In this document: positions 1 to 11,024 of the stretch, one piece after another
How positions within the stretch are numbered: the stretch's first letter is position 1
How the letters are laid out: every line of letters begins with the position of its first letter
IMG/VR virus record: IMGVR_UViG_3300017780_003557
Coordinates: 1 to 25,358 of that record
Direction: 5' to 3' (one strand)
Origin: a virus
Lineage: Duplodnaviria; Caudoviricetes
DNA length: 25,358 nucleotides
Notes under the pieces: generated by a model
Seen by the model: the letters and a program-made list of their open reading frames with translations, nothing else
Database searches by the model: none
What the model was told of the DNA's origin: nothing
Made by a program: the position numbers and the translations under genes

Positions 1-1
1 A

Positions 2-253
2 TCTCAATCAATGAATATCTATATGGGTAACCCAACGTTGTCAAAAATTACCTCATCTCACTTTCACGGTTGGGAGAGAGGGTTAAAAACATTAAGTTAC
101 TATATCCGAACTAAAGCGATTTCTACGGGAGCTAAACACTTAGCGGTGGATATCTCAAAAAGAGAAAAACCAGTAAAAGAAAAACCAACAGTTGATGTAA
201 TACCACAAAAACCTCAAGATTCAGAATTTGAATGTTTTGGGTGTTCATCTTAA
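2..253 (+). CDS. nrdA: Ribonucleoside-diphosphate reductase alpha subunit, class I (3' fragment; 5' part outside window)
   Basis: The frame is open from the window edge (SQS-MNIYM, cf. conserved DQSQSMN). It contains [10 protein letters not shown] with the radical-relay Tyr-Tyr pair and ends in the C-terminal redox CxxC tail (ECFGCSS). Confidence 0.93.
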   Translation, partial: SQSMNIYMGNPTLSKITSSHFHGWERGLKTLSYYIRTKAISTGAKHLAVDISKREKPVKEKPTVDVIPQKPQDSEFECFGCSS

Positions 254-268
254 AAAACCGTAAATTTT

Positions 269-303
269 AAAAACTCTCGGCATTGTCGGGAGTTTTTTAT
301 TTT
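269..303 (+). terminator. Rho-independent terminator after nrdA
   Basis: AAAAACTCTCGG-CATTG-TCGGGAGTTTTT forms a stem with two G-U pairs, followed by a T-rich tract, about 15 nt after the nrdA stop. Confidence 0.8.
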
Positions 304-336
304 AGGTCATTATACAAAAAATTTATAACGACATTA

Positions 337-343
337 TATTTAT
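337..343 (+). promoter_or_regulatory. TATTTAT motif, candidate late-promoter element
   Basis: Lies between the nrdA terminator and ATG349; the same heptamer precedes the genes at 2719 and 19373. Confidence 0.35.
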
Positions 344-348
344 GTTAT

Positions 349-807
349 ATGGCAGAAGGATTAACATATGGTATTAATTTCCCTTTTAGAGATTCGTATG
401 ATGGTAAGTTTTTAGATTTATCAGATACTGAACGTGAAGAGGTACGCTCAAATCTAATTCATTTATTATTGACTAGAAAAGGAACTAGATATTATTTACC
501 TGATTTTGGGACAAGGTTGTATGAATACATATTTGAACCATTAGATGGACCAACATTTTCACAAATTGAATCGGAAATTAGAGAATCTGTTGAAGAATAT
601 ATTCCAGGTATAACAATAACTAAATTAACCGTAACTCCGGCATCTGAAGGTGAGGAAGATAAGGGGACTTATGTGAATGGGAATGATGAAAGGGTGTTTA
701 GAGTTCCGGGTATTGGAACTAAAGAACATACTGCAAAAATTAAAATTGATTACTTGTTAACTGACGACGCGTTCAATGCAAGTGATTTTGTTATTATAAA
801 TTTATAA
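349..807 (+). CDS. Baseplate wedge / sheath-initiation protein, GPW/gp25 family (152 aa)
   Basis: Motifs GINFPF, VRSNLIHLLLTRKGTRYYLPDFGTRLYEYIFEP and IRESVEEYIP are typical of gp25-like proteins. The start is moved from TTG283, which lies inside the terminator hairpin, to ATG349. Confidence 0.88.
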   Translation: MAEGLTYGINFPFRDSYDGKFLDLSDTEREEVRSNLIHLLLTRKGTRYYLPDFGTRLYEYIFEPLDGPTFSQIESEIRESVEEYIPGITITKLTVTPASEGEEDKGTYVNGNDERVFRVPGIGTKEHTAKIKIDYLLTDDAFNASDFVIINL

Positions 808-808
808 T

Positions 809-2647
809 ATGAGTAATAAAAAGATATCGTATACAACGAGAGACTTTCAAGGGTTAAGAACTGAATTAATTAATTTTACAAGAACTTATTATCCTGATTT
901 AATTGAGAATGTGAATGATGCTGCGGTATATTCGGTTCTATTAGATTTGAACGCTGCTATTGCTGATAACCTACATTTTAATATTGATAGAAGTATTCAG
1001 GAAACAGTGTTGGAGTTTGCACAACAAAGGTCCTCAATATATAATATAGCAAGAACTTATGGTTTAAAGGTGCCAGGTCAAAGACCATCTGTTTCGTTAG
1101 TTGACTTTTCAATCACCGTTCCAGCGTATGGTGATAAAGAGGATTTATCATATTGTGGTATATTAAGACGAGGTTCTCAAGTTAATGGTGCGGGTCAAGT
1201 GTTTGAAACTGTTTACGATATTGATTTTTCATCGGCGATTAGTGTCGAGGGTTTTCCTAACAGATTGAAGATACCTAATTTTGATTCCAATAATATTTTA
1301 GTGAATTATACTATTGTTAAGAGAGAAACGGTTGTAAATGGTGTTACTAAAGTCTTTAAAAAAGTAATTACACCAAATGATGTTAAACCATTTTATGAAT
1401 TATTTTTACCTGAAAAAAATGTGTTGGGTATTACAAGTGTTTTGTTAAAAGATGGGACACAATATGGTAATGTTCCTTCAGTTCAAGAATTTTTAGGTTT
1501 AGATAATAGATGGTATGAGGTTAAAGCCTTAGCTGAAGATAGAGTATTTGTTGAGGACCCAACTAAAGTATCGGATAATCCTGGTATTAAAGTTGGTAAA
1601 TATTTGTCGGTAACAAATAAATTTATAAGTGAATACACACCTGAAGGTTATTTAAAAATGACTTTTGGTGGTGGTAGTCAATCGGCTGATGAACAATTAC
1701 GTGAATTTGCTAGAAATGGGTTTAAATTGGATTTAAATAAGTATTCAAATAACTTTGCTTTAGGTAGTTCATTAAAAGCGAACACGACATTGTTCGTTCA
1801 ATATAGAATTGGTGGTGGTTCTATTAGTAATTTAGGTGTTAATGTTATTAATCAATTAGGAACTGTATCTTTTTTTGTTAATGGACCTTCGGATTCTGTA
1901 AATACAAGTGTTGTTAATTCATTAAGATGTACTAATGTTACGGCAGCGATTGGTGGTGCTGATTTCCCAACAATTGAAGAGGTTAGGAATTTAGTAGGGT
2001 TTAACTTTTCAGCTCAAAATAGAGCGGTAACTGTTAATGACTATGATTCTTTAATTAGAACAATGCCTTCTCAATATGGTGCTCCTGCTAAAGTTGCAAT
2101 AACTGAGGAGAATAACAAAATAATTATCAAAATGTTATCATACGATGAAAATGGTAAATTAACTGAAATTATTTCAGATACACTAAAAAATAACGTAGCT
2201 AATTACTTATCAAACTATAGAATGATGAATGATTACATTTCAGTACAAGTTGCTAATGTGGTTGATTTAAGTTTAACAATAGATGTTGTTTTAGATAGTA
2301 GTCAAAACCAAGGTGGTGTTATTTCTCAAATAATTAACATAACTTCAGATTTCTTTGACCCAACTAACAGACAAATGGGTGAAAACGTAAATATTTCGGA
2401 ACTTAGAAAAGAGATTCAAAATCAAAATGGTGTTATTAGTTTGTCTGATATTAAAGTATTTAACAAAGTTGGTGGTCAATATTCTTCGTCACAAACCTCA
2501 CAACCTTATTTGGATAATGGTACAAGACAGATACAATTAATTGATGATACTATTTTTGCTGAACCAAGTCAAACATATCAAGTAAGATTTCCAAGTAATG
2601 ATATTAATGTTAGAGTTAAAAATTACAAGACAACTAATTTTAGTTGA
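809..2647 (+). CDS. Baseplate wedge subunit, T4 gp6 / baseplate J-like (612 aa)
   Basis: N-terminal YTTRDFQGLRTELINF...AQQRSSIYNIARTYG, central LKMTFGGG and QYRIGGG, and AAIGGAD...FSAQNRAVTVNDY. It directly follows the gp25-like gene. Confidence 0.88.
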   Translation: MSNKKISYTTRDFQGLRTELINFTRTYYPDLIENVNDAAVYSVLLDLNAAIADNLHFNIDRSIQETVLEFAQQRSSIYNIARTYGLKVPGQRPSVSLVDFSITVPAYGDKEDLSYCGILRRGSQVNGAGQVFETVYDIDFSSAISVEGFPNRLKIPNFDSNNILVNYTIVKRETVVNGVTKVFKKVITPNDVKPFYELFLPEKNVLGITSVLLKDGTQYGNVPSVQEFLGLDNRWYEVKALAEDRVFVEDPTKVSDNPGIKVGKYLSVTNKFISEYTPEGYLKMTFGGGSQSADEQLREFARNGFKLDLNKYSNNFALGSSLKANTTLFVQYRIGGGSISNLGVNVINQLGTVSFFVNGPSDSVNTSVVNSLRCTNVTAAIGGADFPTIEEVRNLVGFNFSAQNRAVTVNDYDSLIRTMPSQYGAPAKVAITEENNKIIIKMLSYDENGKLTEIISDTLKNNVANYLSNYRMMNDYISVQVANVVDLSLTIDVVLDSSQNQGGVISQIINITSDFFDPTNRQMGENVNISELRKEIQNQNGVISLSDIKVFNKVGGQYSSSQTSQPYLDNGTRQIQLIDDTIFAEPSQTYQVRFPSNDINVRVKNYKTTNFS

Positions 2648-2697
2648 TGATTTATTTTGAAAATTTATCATTTATCTTTTAAAAATAGTATATAAAC

Positions 2698-2704
2698 TAT
2701 TTAT
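2698..2704 (+). promoter_or_regulatory. TATTTAT motif, candidate late-promoter element
   Basis: 14 nt upstream of ATG2719 in a 71-nt spacer. Confidence 0.35.
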
Positions 2705-2718
2705 TTTAAAAGAAAACA

Positions 2719-5700
2719 ATGTCAAATTCGTATAGAATAAGAACAACCCCCGGTGTTGATAAATCAATAAAAGTAAGGATAGACCAAGATTTTGAATATC
2801 TTGAGATATTATCCTTAAAGGTATTACAGAGTGAAATATATACAAGACAGTGTTCCGATTATGGTGTAATAATTGGTCGTGTGAGTATTAATAATGGTTT
2901 TGGTGTTCCAAATGCTAAAATTTCAGTGTTTATTCCGTTATCAAGTGATGATGAAATTAACAATCCTGTTATTGCTGATTTATATCCATATAAAACATTA
3001 ACACAAATCAACGACCAAGGTTATAGATATAACTTATTACCAATTGAACAATCATATAGTAATCACGTTCCGACAGGTTCTTTTTTTACTCGCCAAGAAG
3101 TATTAACAAATCCTACTAAAATTGAAATATACGACAAGTATTACAAATACAATACTATCACAAATGAAAGTGGGGATTATATGATATTTGGAGTTCCGTT
3201 AGGTGCTCAAACTATTGTTGTTAATGTTGACTTATCTGATATTGGTGATTTTTCATTGTCACCTCAAGATTTAATTAGAATGGGTGTTGCATCACCTCAA
3301 CAAGTTAATGGTACAAAATTTAAGTCATCAACAAATATAAATGAATTACCTCAAATTATTACTATAAACCGAACAATTGAAGTCCAACCATTTTGGGGTG
3401 ATGAAAATATTTGTGTTTTAGGTATTACAAGAACGGATTTTGATTTATCTGCCGAAAAAAATATCACAATACAACCGACATCAATTTTTATGGGGTCAAT
3501 CATTTCTTCGAATGATGATGAATCATTAAAACTTAGATGTAAACCAACATTAAAGTCGGGAAAATTATGTAATTTAATTGCGGGTCCAGGTCAAATACAG
3601 GCTATTAGGCAAACAATATTTACTGATGTTAACGGTAGACCGGGACTTGAAGTTGCTGATTTTGAAGAAGGTGGTCAAGTTATTGATGAAAATGGTACTT
3701 GGATGTTTGATGTTCCAATGAATTTAGATTATGTGATTACTAATGAATTTGGTGAACAAGTGATATCTAAAGACCCTAAAAAGGGTATACCTACTAAAGG
3801 TAAATACCGATTTAAAGTATTATGGAATCAGTCACCTGATTTAGGTGAAAGAGTTAAAAGGGCTACTTTTTTAGTACCTAATATAAAAGAATATGGGTGG
3901 TTAGGTCCTGACCAAACAGACCCATTAACCGGTAAAAATGCGGGTTCAAGAGGTAATTTTAGTAATTTGGATAACCCTTGTGCGTTCCAATTACCACCAA
4001 ATACGGATAATTACAAATCAGCACGAGCGTCTTACGCATTTAGTCTTGATTGGACTGATTATGGTGTTAAAGATAATTCAGGTGTATTAACACCTTTAGG
4101 TGACCAGATGGTTTTAGAAGCCATTAATTGTGAAGATAGGTTCTATGAGATGCAATATAATAAAGTATATACTATTTCACAATTAATTAGTGAGTATCGT
4201 AAAGGTTCGTTTAATAATCGAATGATAGGTATTAAACATATTTTAGATGAAGATTGTGAATCAACAACTAATAAATTTCCATCCAATGATGGGATGTATA
4301 GAATTGATATAATATATATACTATTCCAACTTTTAATGTTAATAACATATCCAATAATGTACATTCTGTTAATTGTTGCTCACGTATTATTTTGGTTGTT
4401 ATGTGTAATTGTTTTACCAATTGTGGGTCTTTTAAAAGAAATTATTTGTTGGTTTGCAACTATAAAGATTGATGTTATTGTAACATATATACGTCCATTT
4501 GGTTTTTTAGAGGGTTTTTGTACTAGTTTACAAGCAACTTATCAAAGTATTAAAGACCAATGTAAGGAATCAACATTGAAACTACCTAATATGACATATC
4601 CGGATTGTGAATTGTGTTCATGTGAAATGACACCACCGACAGTAGTTCCTCCGGACCCAAACAACCCAATTCAGGTGCCAAATTCAGCTAATGCAGATAT
4701 AATTATTCAAGGTAATTATACGGGTCCATATAATGGTAAATTTACTGAGGGTAGTGTTAATGATGTTACATTTATTGCTGGTATTGGTGTTGATAATGGT
4801 TATTCTTTAGCATCTAAAGGACCTATTGGTGATATGACATCAACAAGAAACGGTGGATTAAGAACGATATCAACAGATTTACCTTGGCACGAAAGATTTA
4901 ATTTATTTAATACTAAAGCTAAATATTTTAATAATAATGTGGGTAATCCTGGTGGTAGTGTTAATAGAATTGGTGTTAGATATAATACAACAATGAATGG
5001 AGGGTCATTAACGGCAACAAATGGTAATCTTAATGGGTTGTATCATTTAGATAATGTTATTGCGGTTTTAATTGATTCAGGTGAGACCACAAATTTTAAA
5101 GTTGGACAACTTTTAACTACAGTGGACCCTACTTTAACTAAAGATGTTAATTTAGATGGAATTGGTTATGCAACAAATGACTTTGGTACTTGGAGTATTA
5201 CGGGTAAAACAATTGGTAATATTAAGCCAGGGACCAAAGGTAAGATTAATGAAATATTAACAACTGTTAATTATGCCGACCCTATAGGTAATGGTAATAA
5301 TTTATCGGTTAATTACGCTATTACAGGATTTACTGAGGTTTCATACCATAAATTCCCAATTGATTTAGAGTATTTACAAGTTATACATAATGTCTCGGTT
5401 AAGGATTATCTTGATGCTGTTAATACAATGTCACCTGACTTACCGAATTCATTCTTTAGTAGATGTATTAATGGAGGTTATAATTATGTTCAAACATATT
5501 ATACTAATTTTGGGGGTCTTGGTGATGATTGGGTTTATAAAAGAAAGGGAGGTTCTGGTTATTTTTATAATAATGGTAACGGTAATGATGAATATCCACA
5601 AACTTGTTCACCTCAAGTTAATTGTATTGGACCAATAAGGGATTTTTACAAAGACTTTCAAGCTAATAGAGTTGTGTTTATGGTTAGAGGTGTTGACCCC

Positions 5701-8466
5701 AATTCGCCAAAAACTACAATATCTTATGATTTGAGTAAATTGTATGGTAAAAAAGCATATGGTAATAAGATAGTTACATTACCTAATATGAGGATGAATA
5801 TACCTATTCAAAAAGGGTTTAGATGTATTAATCACGATATTGTTGATGGTAACGCTAATGACTCGTATTCTAACTCAACGTTATTTCACGATACATTTAT
5901 GTGGGAACCATCACATAACACACAACAATTTGGTCCTGGTCCTGATGAATCTCAAGACCCTGTAGTTCCTTATAACCCTAAAGAATCTGACCCTTTTTAT
6001 AGACCTGCGGGATATTGTGATTTTTCTTCATTTACAACAACTAACCATTTCTATTATTCACCTATTGATGAGAATTTTAGACCGTCATTACCTTTTATTA
6101 ATAAGAACACTGTAAAAGTTAATAATGGAACTGGTATCCGTATTAGTGGAACTGACAGTCAAATTTTAAATGGTTTGGGTAACTCATTAGCTTGTAATTA
6201 TGATAAACAACCTGATTTCAGATTTGTTGGTGATGATAGTTATAAAAAGAAAGACACGAGAGGTGTTTACCCGTATAATAATAAATCAACTGATGATGAT
6301 GGTACAGGTTCTAATTTAAGTAGTGCTCATAATAGAGGTTACTTTGATAATGAAAGTTTTGAAGGTGGTAACTTTGCGGTTATGGTCCCTACAAGTAATT
6401 TAAGTTATAGTTATAAAACATATTATAAACCAACCGCATTTGATTATGCGAATCAAACTGATTGTGAAAATGCTGGTTTTATTTGGGGGGGTCTTGGAGG
6501 TAATATAGGTAAACGATTAAGTTGTTTTGGTGCGGGTTATAACTATAATAGGTGTGGTGAATGTATACAAGTGGCACAATATGTGGGTGTTACTATTAAT
6601 GGTGGTCTTAATGGTGGTCAATTAATAAGTGATTACCAATATCGTAGTCATTCATATTTAAGTTCTGGATATACCAAAAAACTAACTATTGGTAGTGGTA
6701 CAAGTAAACGACAAATAGTTATGAGGTCGGATAGATTACCAACATCATCATTTCAAGAAATTAATAAGTCTAATAATTCAATTAGTTATACATTAATGAG
6801 TAATAATAATTTTAGTTATTATCAAATTAGTGATGATGGAAGTGTTAATGCGGTTGGTGCGGGTTCTAGTGTTTCAGGTGTTGGTGGTAGTGCAGAATCT
6901 CAAGCAAATAATGCTGAGGTTAAATGTGGTGGTGACATATTAGGAACATTTAGTTGTGAAGGATTAATACCTCTTGAGTGTTATGTCTACGACCAAGCTA
7001 AAGATACAGTATTTTATGAACCAAGACCAAAAGGTAATACTTACCCACAATCAGGACCTGGTTCTTGTTACGGGAATCGTGTAGGTACTACTTTTAATGT
7101 GTTTGGTAAACAATCAGAATCAATATTTGAAGGGGGTTGTTATTATTTAGTGACAGTACCACTACAAAGTTTATTTCGTGATTTTGATTTATTATCAGAA
7201 TGGAGAGCTAGAACTGTGATATCATTTGCGGCTTGTAGAAATGTGTTTGCTCATTACTTTACTAATAATTGGGTTAATGGGACTTTGTATATGTTTTCAT
7301 TTGTAAATTCAAGAAGGTTTACGAACCCATCTAATAATCCAAAAACAAGTAATCAACCATATAATTGTTACTGTAAAAATAACATTTATTTTGATACTAT
7401 CACAAACAATTTTTATTATAGAAGTAGTCCTTATAGTGAAACTGATGGGTTTGTTGGTAGAAAAAACCCAATCAATTGGTTTACAAATAAAACATATGGT
7501 GGTAATCGTAATAATTTGATGTTTCCAACAACTGTAATGGATTTAGGTCCGAGAGATGCTTACACACAAGAAATTGTTTATTCAAACGATTATGATGGGT
7601 ATGTTATGAAAAAATTAACAACAACAACATTTAAAGATGTTTCAGATTTATTAAATACTTTTATAATATCAAGGCTTATAAATAAAAGTACTTTAGATAA
7701 AATATTAAATTCATCAGGTGTTGATTCCGTGTTGAGATATTTTAGTCGTGAAAATTTAAAAATAGACGCAGATTACGCTCAAATGGTTTCTATTAACTCT
7801 GAATTAGGAACACTTGGTTTTAGTGATGAGACATATAGTAGTTGTGATATTTTCTATAATGGTGGTAAAACATCAAACGCAGTGTTTGGGATTTATTTTT
7901 CGGCAGATACTCAAACTAGAGATTATATATCACCTAAAAGAACAATAATTAGTGGTGATTTACCTATAGATAAACAAGATTGTGCTTTTGAACCATTTAA
8001 AGTTAAGACACAGAGTGTGCCTTATTATCAATGGTTTATAAAACCTAATTATGGTAGTGATGGTGATTATGATTCAGGTAAGGCATTATATCAACCACCT
8101 AAACCTGATAGTATTTTTGGTAGTCAATTAAATGATTGGTCAACAGAACCTTTTTCGGGTTTAACATTTTTCAATCACCCATATCAAAAATTAGATAGAT
8201 TAAATAGGAACTCAAGGTATTTTAGAACTAAAGGTAGTATGGTTACAAAATACTATAAATCATTAATTTATTCAGTTGATAGTAATGGGGTGGTTAATGC
8301 TAACACTAATAATTGGGATGTTAATGCCGCACCTGGAAATATTCAATTTGAAAGAGTAGTTAATACAGGAGCTCCGTATTTTTACTATTTTGGATTACTA
8401 CATGGTAAATCGGCATTTGATAGATTTACTAGAAAATGGATTGAACCTGATACAATAACAGATTAG
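2719..8466 (+). CDS. Large putative virion/baseplate protein (1915 aa) with N-terminal beta-sandwich (carboxypeptidase-regulatory-like) motifs and an internal ~70-aa hydrophobic segment
   Basis: Long uninterrupted ORF. Motifs GVIIGRV..GVPNAKISVF and TNESGDYMIFGVPLGAQTIVV; hydrophobic aa ~529-599; Gly/Asn/Cys-rich central region. Function is inferred from context only. Confidence 0.6.
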   Translation: MSNSYRIRTTPGVDKSIKVRIDQDFEYLEILSLKVLQSEIYTRQCSDYGVIIGRVSINNGFGVPNAKISVFIPLSSDDEINNPVIADLYPYKTLTQINDQGYRYNLLPIEQSYSNHVPTGSFFTRQEVLTNPTKIEIYDKYYKYNTITNESGDYMIFGVPLGAQTIVVNVDLSDIGDFSLSPQDLIRMGVASPQQVNGTKFKSSTNINELPQIITINRTIEVQPFWGDENICVLGITRTDFDLSAEKNITIQPTSIFMGSIISSNDDESLKLRCKPTLKSGKLCNLIAGPGQIQAIRQTIFTDVNGRPGLEVADFEEGGQVIDENGTWMFDVPMNLDYVITNEFGEQVISKDPKKGIPTKGKYRFKVLWNQSPDLGERVKRATFLVPNIKEYGWLGPDQTDPLTGKNAGSRGNFSNLDNPCAFQLPPNTDNYKSARASYAFSLDWTDYGVKDNSGVLTPLGDQMVLEAINCEDRFYEMQYNKVYTISQLISEYRKGSFNNRMIGIKHILDEDCESTTNKFPSNDGMYRIDIIYILFQLLMLITYPIMYILLIVAHVLFWLLCVIVLPIVGLLKEIICWFATIKIDVIVTYIRPFGFLEGFCTSLQATYQSIKDQCKESTLKLPNMTYPDCELCSCEMTPPTVVPPDPNNPIQVPNSANADIIIQGNYTGPYNGKFTEGSVNDVTFIAGIGVDNGYSLASKGPIGDMTSTRNGGLRTISTDLPWHERFNLFNTKAKYFNNNVGNPGGSVNRIGVRYNTTMNGGSLTATNGNLNGLYHLDNVIAVLIDSGETTNFKVGQLLTTVDPTLTKDVNLDGIGYATNDFGTWSITGKTIGNIKPGTKGKINEILTTVNYADPIGNGNNLSVNYAITGFTEVSYHKFPIDLEYLQVIHNVSVKDYLDAVNTMSPDLPNSFFSRCINGGYNYVQTYYTNFGGLGDDWVYKRKGGSGYFYNNGNGNDEYPQTCSPQVNCIGPIRDFYKDFQANRVVFMVRGVDPNSPKTTISYDLSKLYGKKAYGNKIVTLPNMRMNIPIQKGFRCINHDIVDGNANDSYSNSTLFHDTFMWEPSHNTQQFGPGPDESQDPVVPYNPKESDPFYRPAGYCDFSSFTTTNHFYYSPIDENFRPSLPFINKNTVKVNNGTGIRISGTDSQILNGLGNSLACNYDKQPDFRFVGDDSYKKKDTRGVYPYNNKSTDDDGTGSNLSSAHNRGYFDNESFEGGNFAVMVPTSNLSYSYKTYYKPTAFDYANQTDCENAGFIWGGLGGNIGKRLSCFGAGYNYNRCGECIQVAQYVGVTINGGLNGGQLISDYQYRSHSYLSSGYTKKLTIGSGTSKRQIVMRSDRLPTSSFQEINKSNNSISYTLMSNNNFSYYQISDDGSVNAVGAGSSVSGVGGSAESQANNAEVKCGGDILGTFSCEGLIPLECYVYDQAKDTVFYEPRPKGNTYPQSGPGSCYGNRVGTTFNVFGKQSESIFEGGCYYLVTVPLQSLFRDFDLLSEWRARTVISFAACRNVFAHYFTNNWVNGTLYMFSFVNSRRFTNPSNNPKTSNQPYNCYCKNNIYFDTITNNFYYRSSPYSETDGFVGRKNPINWFTNKTYGGNRNNLMFPTTVMDLGPRDAYTQEIVYSNDYDGYVMKKLTTTTFKDVSDLLNTFIISRLINKSTLDKILNSSGVDSVLRYFSRENLKIDADYAQMVSINSELGTLGFSDETYSSCDIFYNGGKTSNAVFGIYFSADTQTRDYISPKRTIISGDLPIDKQDCAFEPFKVKTQSVPYYQWFIKPNYGSDGDYDSGKALYQPPKPDSIFGSQLNDWSTEPFSGLTFFNHPYQKLDRLNRNSRYFRTKGSMVTKYYKSLIYSVDSNGVVNANTNNWDVNAAPGNIQFERVVNTGAPYFYYFGLLHGKSAFDRFTRKWIEPDTITD

Positions 8467-8469
8467 AAA

Positions 8470-10221
8470 ATGGGTAATAATAAAGATATAAGAATTGTTT
8501 TAAGTAAATTAAGGTATAAATCATCACCTGAATTATCATATGGTATTAATTTACCTTTCGTTCAAACAACTAATCAAATGATTGAGTATGATAGAACTAG
8601 TAATATTAGTTTGGCTCAGGTTTATGATGATGAACGTCAGAAATCAACGATATTTAGACCCGTTGGTAAATTTAGTATTTTATTTAAGAATTCGTATGTT
8701 GGTAGTACTAATTATCCCCCATTTGAGAATAATTTAGTTTATATTAACGCGGCTCAAGCGGCTAGTGACCAATGTAAAAGTGGTGCAAATGCGGTTCTAT
8801 GGTCAGGATATCCTCAGTACAATGAATTTGATTTTATTAGGACTGATTATAATGTGACAGGATATACATCACCACCTGATAACCATTTAACCTTTGTCTC
8901 TAAAAGTGCTAGTAGTTATAATTGGAATTTTTATATGAGTTATCCGTATAATAATTTAACAAATAAAACGATGACATTTTTTGATGAGTCATCACAAAAT
9001 TATGTTAATTGGATTTCGGGTGATGGATTACCATTTGTATTGAAAAATATGATGGAAGGGGGTGATAGCATTGTTAGTTTTAAATCACCTGTTAAACATG
9101 GGTTAAGTGTTGGGGAATATGTTGAATTAAGTTTTAGTTACAATGGTATTAAGTACTTTGAAGTTTACTCATTAGGTGATGGTACTGTTGATAGTGATAA
9201 TTATGTGTTTAATATCTATAACTATGGGTTTACAGGTAATATTTTCACAGATGGTACGTCAGGAACATTTAAGAGGGTTTTAGATGTTGATAATCCGTCT
9301 GACACAACATCAAGTTATTATGTGAAACAATTAAAAATAATGTCAAATGTTGGTGATAACAATTTGGTGAAAGCAGGTTTTGAACAAAATATATTTGGTA
9401 AAACTAAAAAATATGAGTCAGAAGGGTTTACCCCAAACAAATCGGCTAGAGTGTCCGTTAAAGAAGGTTCACAATCCTATTTATTATCTTTTAATACTGA
9501 TTTTGATTTAAATGGATTAATTGATAATCAAAAAAGACCGATTACTGAGATATTTTTTACTGTTATTTGGAAAGGTTATTTTGGTTGGACTATGGGACCT
9601 AAATTTGAATTAAAAGAAGGGTTTAATTTTAATTTACCATTGGTAAATGGTAAACCAAGTAATTGGTGGGATAAAAATAATCCAAATTCATCCGCTGGAT
9701 TCGGTAATGGTTCATATAATAAATCAGGGAAAAATTTTACTTATGTTAAGTCACTAAAAAAAGGTGACCTTATTGATGGTGATTATTGCGAATGGAATGA
9801 TTATGAACAAAAAGAACGTGTGGTAAGTAATCTATTTCATAAATTCACATTTAATACTACAGTATTTGATATTAGAACAAAACCGGGTCCGTTCACTAAC
9901 TTGGAAGGTTATTATTATCAACCAAATCATAGTATGACAATTAGAGTATACTCTGATTATATTGAAGATGCTGAAATGAATCCTAATTTTGCGTTGAACA
10001 TTCCTGATTATTCGTATTTCTCAACAAGAGAAAATAAATTTTTATGGAGGGATATATATAGTTATGGTTTCAGAGACCCGGATGGTAGGGGTGTTGATTA
10101 TCCATTTTTAAATGGTAAACATTACCCAACAAAGAATATGACTTTTAGAATAATACCTGAAGGTACTAATTATATTGATGACACTACAATAAACATACCA
10201 AAGAGCGATAACTGTGAATAA
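8470..10221 (+). CDS. Hypothetical protein, probable virion structural protein (583 aa)
   Basis: Long ORF 3 nt downstream of the previous stop, aromatic/Asn-rich beta-type composition, inside the baseplate cluster. Confidence 0.55.
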   Translation: MGNNKDIRIVLSKLRYKSSPELSYGINLPFVQTTNQMIEYDRTSNISLAQVYDDERQKSTIFRPVGKFSILFKNSYVGSTNYPPFENNLVYINAAQAASDQCKSGANAVLWSGYPQYNEFDFIRTDYNVTGYTSPPDNHLTFVSKSASSYNWNFYMSYPYNNLTNKTMTFFDESSQNYVNWISGDGLPFVLKNMMEGGDSIVSFKSPVKHGLSVGEYVELSFSYNGIKYFEVYSLGDGTVDSDNYVFNIYNYGFTGNIFTDGTSGTFKRVLDVDNPSDTTSSYYVKQLKIMSNVGDNNLVKAGFEQNIFGKTKKYESEGFTPNKSARVSVKEGSQSYLLSFNTDFDLNGLIDNQKRPITEIFFTVIWKGYFGWTMGPKFELKEGFNFNLPLVNGKPSNWWDKNNPNSSAGFGNGSYNKSGKNFTYVKSLKKGDLIDGDYCEWNDYEQKERVVSNLFHKFTFNTTVFDIRTKPGPFTNLEGYYYQPNHSMTIRVYSDYIEDAEMNPNFALNIPDYSYFSTRENKFLWRDIYSYGFRDPDGRGVDYPFLNGKHYPTKNMTFRIIPEGTNYIDDTTINIPKSDNCE

Positions 10222-11023
10222 ATATAGATTTGTATTAAATGATACTGATGATTATATTAATATACCTTTAGAGATTAAATGGGATTTTGAAGGACATCAA
10301 GATAGTATTGAAATGTATGAAAAAGATGTGATGGAAGAGATTATCGGTAAACCTACCGACTTTGAAATTGCAAGATTTTCACATAAACCATTTACTAATG
10401 ATACTAGAACTGATGTTAATTATGAATTTAATTTTTTTGATAATACCCCAACAGGTGGTAATATAATAACTGCAACTGCCACTGATTGGAAACCAACATA
10501 TATTAATGAGGGGTTTAATTCAAATCAAATTTATTATTATGAAAAACCATTTAGAAATTCGTTTTTTAAATTGGATTTCTATGATACTAATGATACTGCA
10601 ACACAAATTATTTATTTTACAATAATCATACCTGTCCAACAAGGTGAATCTGAGGATGCTATAATTTCACCAATATTACCCCCTGCTAAAATTAGAATAC
10701 CAAGATTCAAACTTGATTTTGTCGGTGATAAAGAAGGGTATTTTATTTATTGGTTACGAGATTTAAAAACATTCAACCTAAAGACATTTTATATGTCAGC
10801 AAAATTTTTTAATGCAAGAGTTGGTGGGTTTATGAGAATGATGACAACACCACAATCTATTATACCGAATAAATTCAATTTTAATACAAGTCAATATTTT
10901 TACTATAAAGTTGAGTTAGATTATAATGATTTCACATACTCGGTTTATGATTATAATAATATAAGAGTGGGAACTAATAGTTCAATAAAATGGTACGAAT
11001 ACGTTAATCAACCACCTGTTTAA
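10214..11023 (+). CDS. Hypothetical protein, probable virion structural protein (269 aa)
   Basis: GTG start overlapping the upstream gene by 8 nt (GTGAATAA); Phe/Tyr-rich; fills the gap in the operon. Confidence 0.55.
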   Translation: MNKYRFVLNDTDDYINIPLEIKWDFEGHQDSIEMYEKDVMEEIIGKPTDFEIARFSHKPFTNDTRTDVNYEFNFFDNTPTGGNIITATATDWKPTYINEGFNSNQIYYYEKPFRNSFFKLDFYDTNDTATQIIYFTIIIPVQQGESEDAIISPILPPAKIRIPRFKLDFVGDKEGYFIYWLRDLKTFNLKTFYMSAKFFNARVGGFMRMMTTPQSIIPNKFNFNTSQYFYYKVELDYNDFTYSVYDYNNIRVGTNSSIKWYEYVNQPPV

Positions 11024-11024
11024 T

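Noticed and set aside
283-348. N-terminal 22-aa extension of the gp25-like ORF from TTG283
   Set aside because: The start codon lies in the loop of the nrdA terminator, and the family-like sequence begins after ATG349.
8464-8472. TAG-AAA-ATG in-frame junction that could fuse the 1915-aa and 583-aa proteins (amber recoding or read-through)
   Set aside because: All long ORFs are intact under the standard code, and the other TAG (18319) is followed shortly by an in-frame TAA in a non-coding spacer. There is no evidence of recoding, and an in-frame junction has a 1-in-3 chance.
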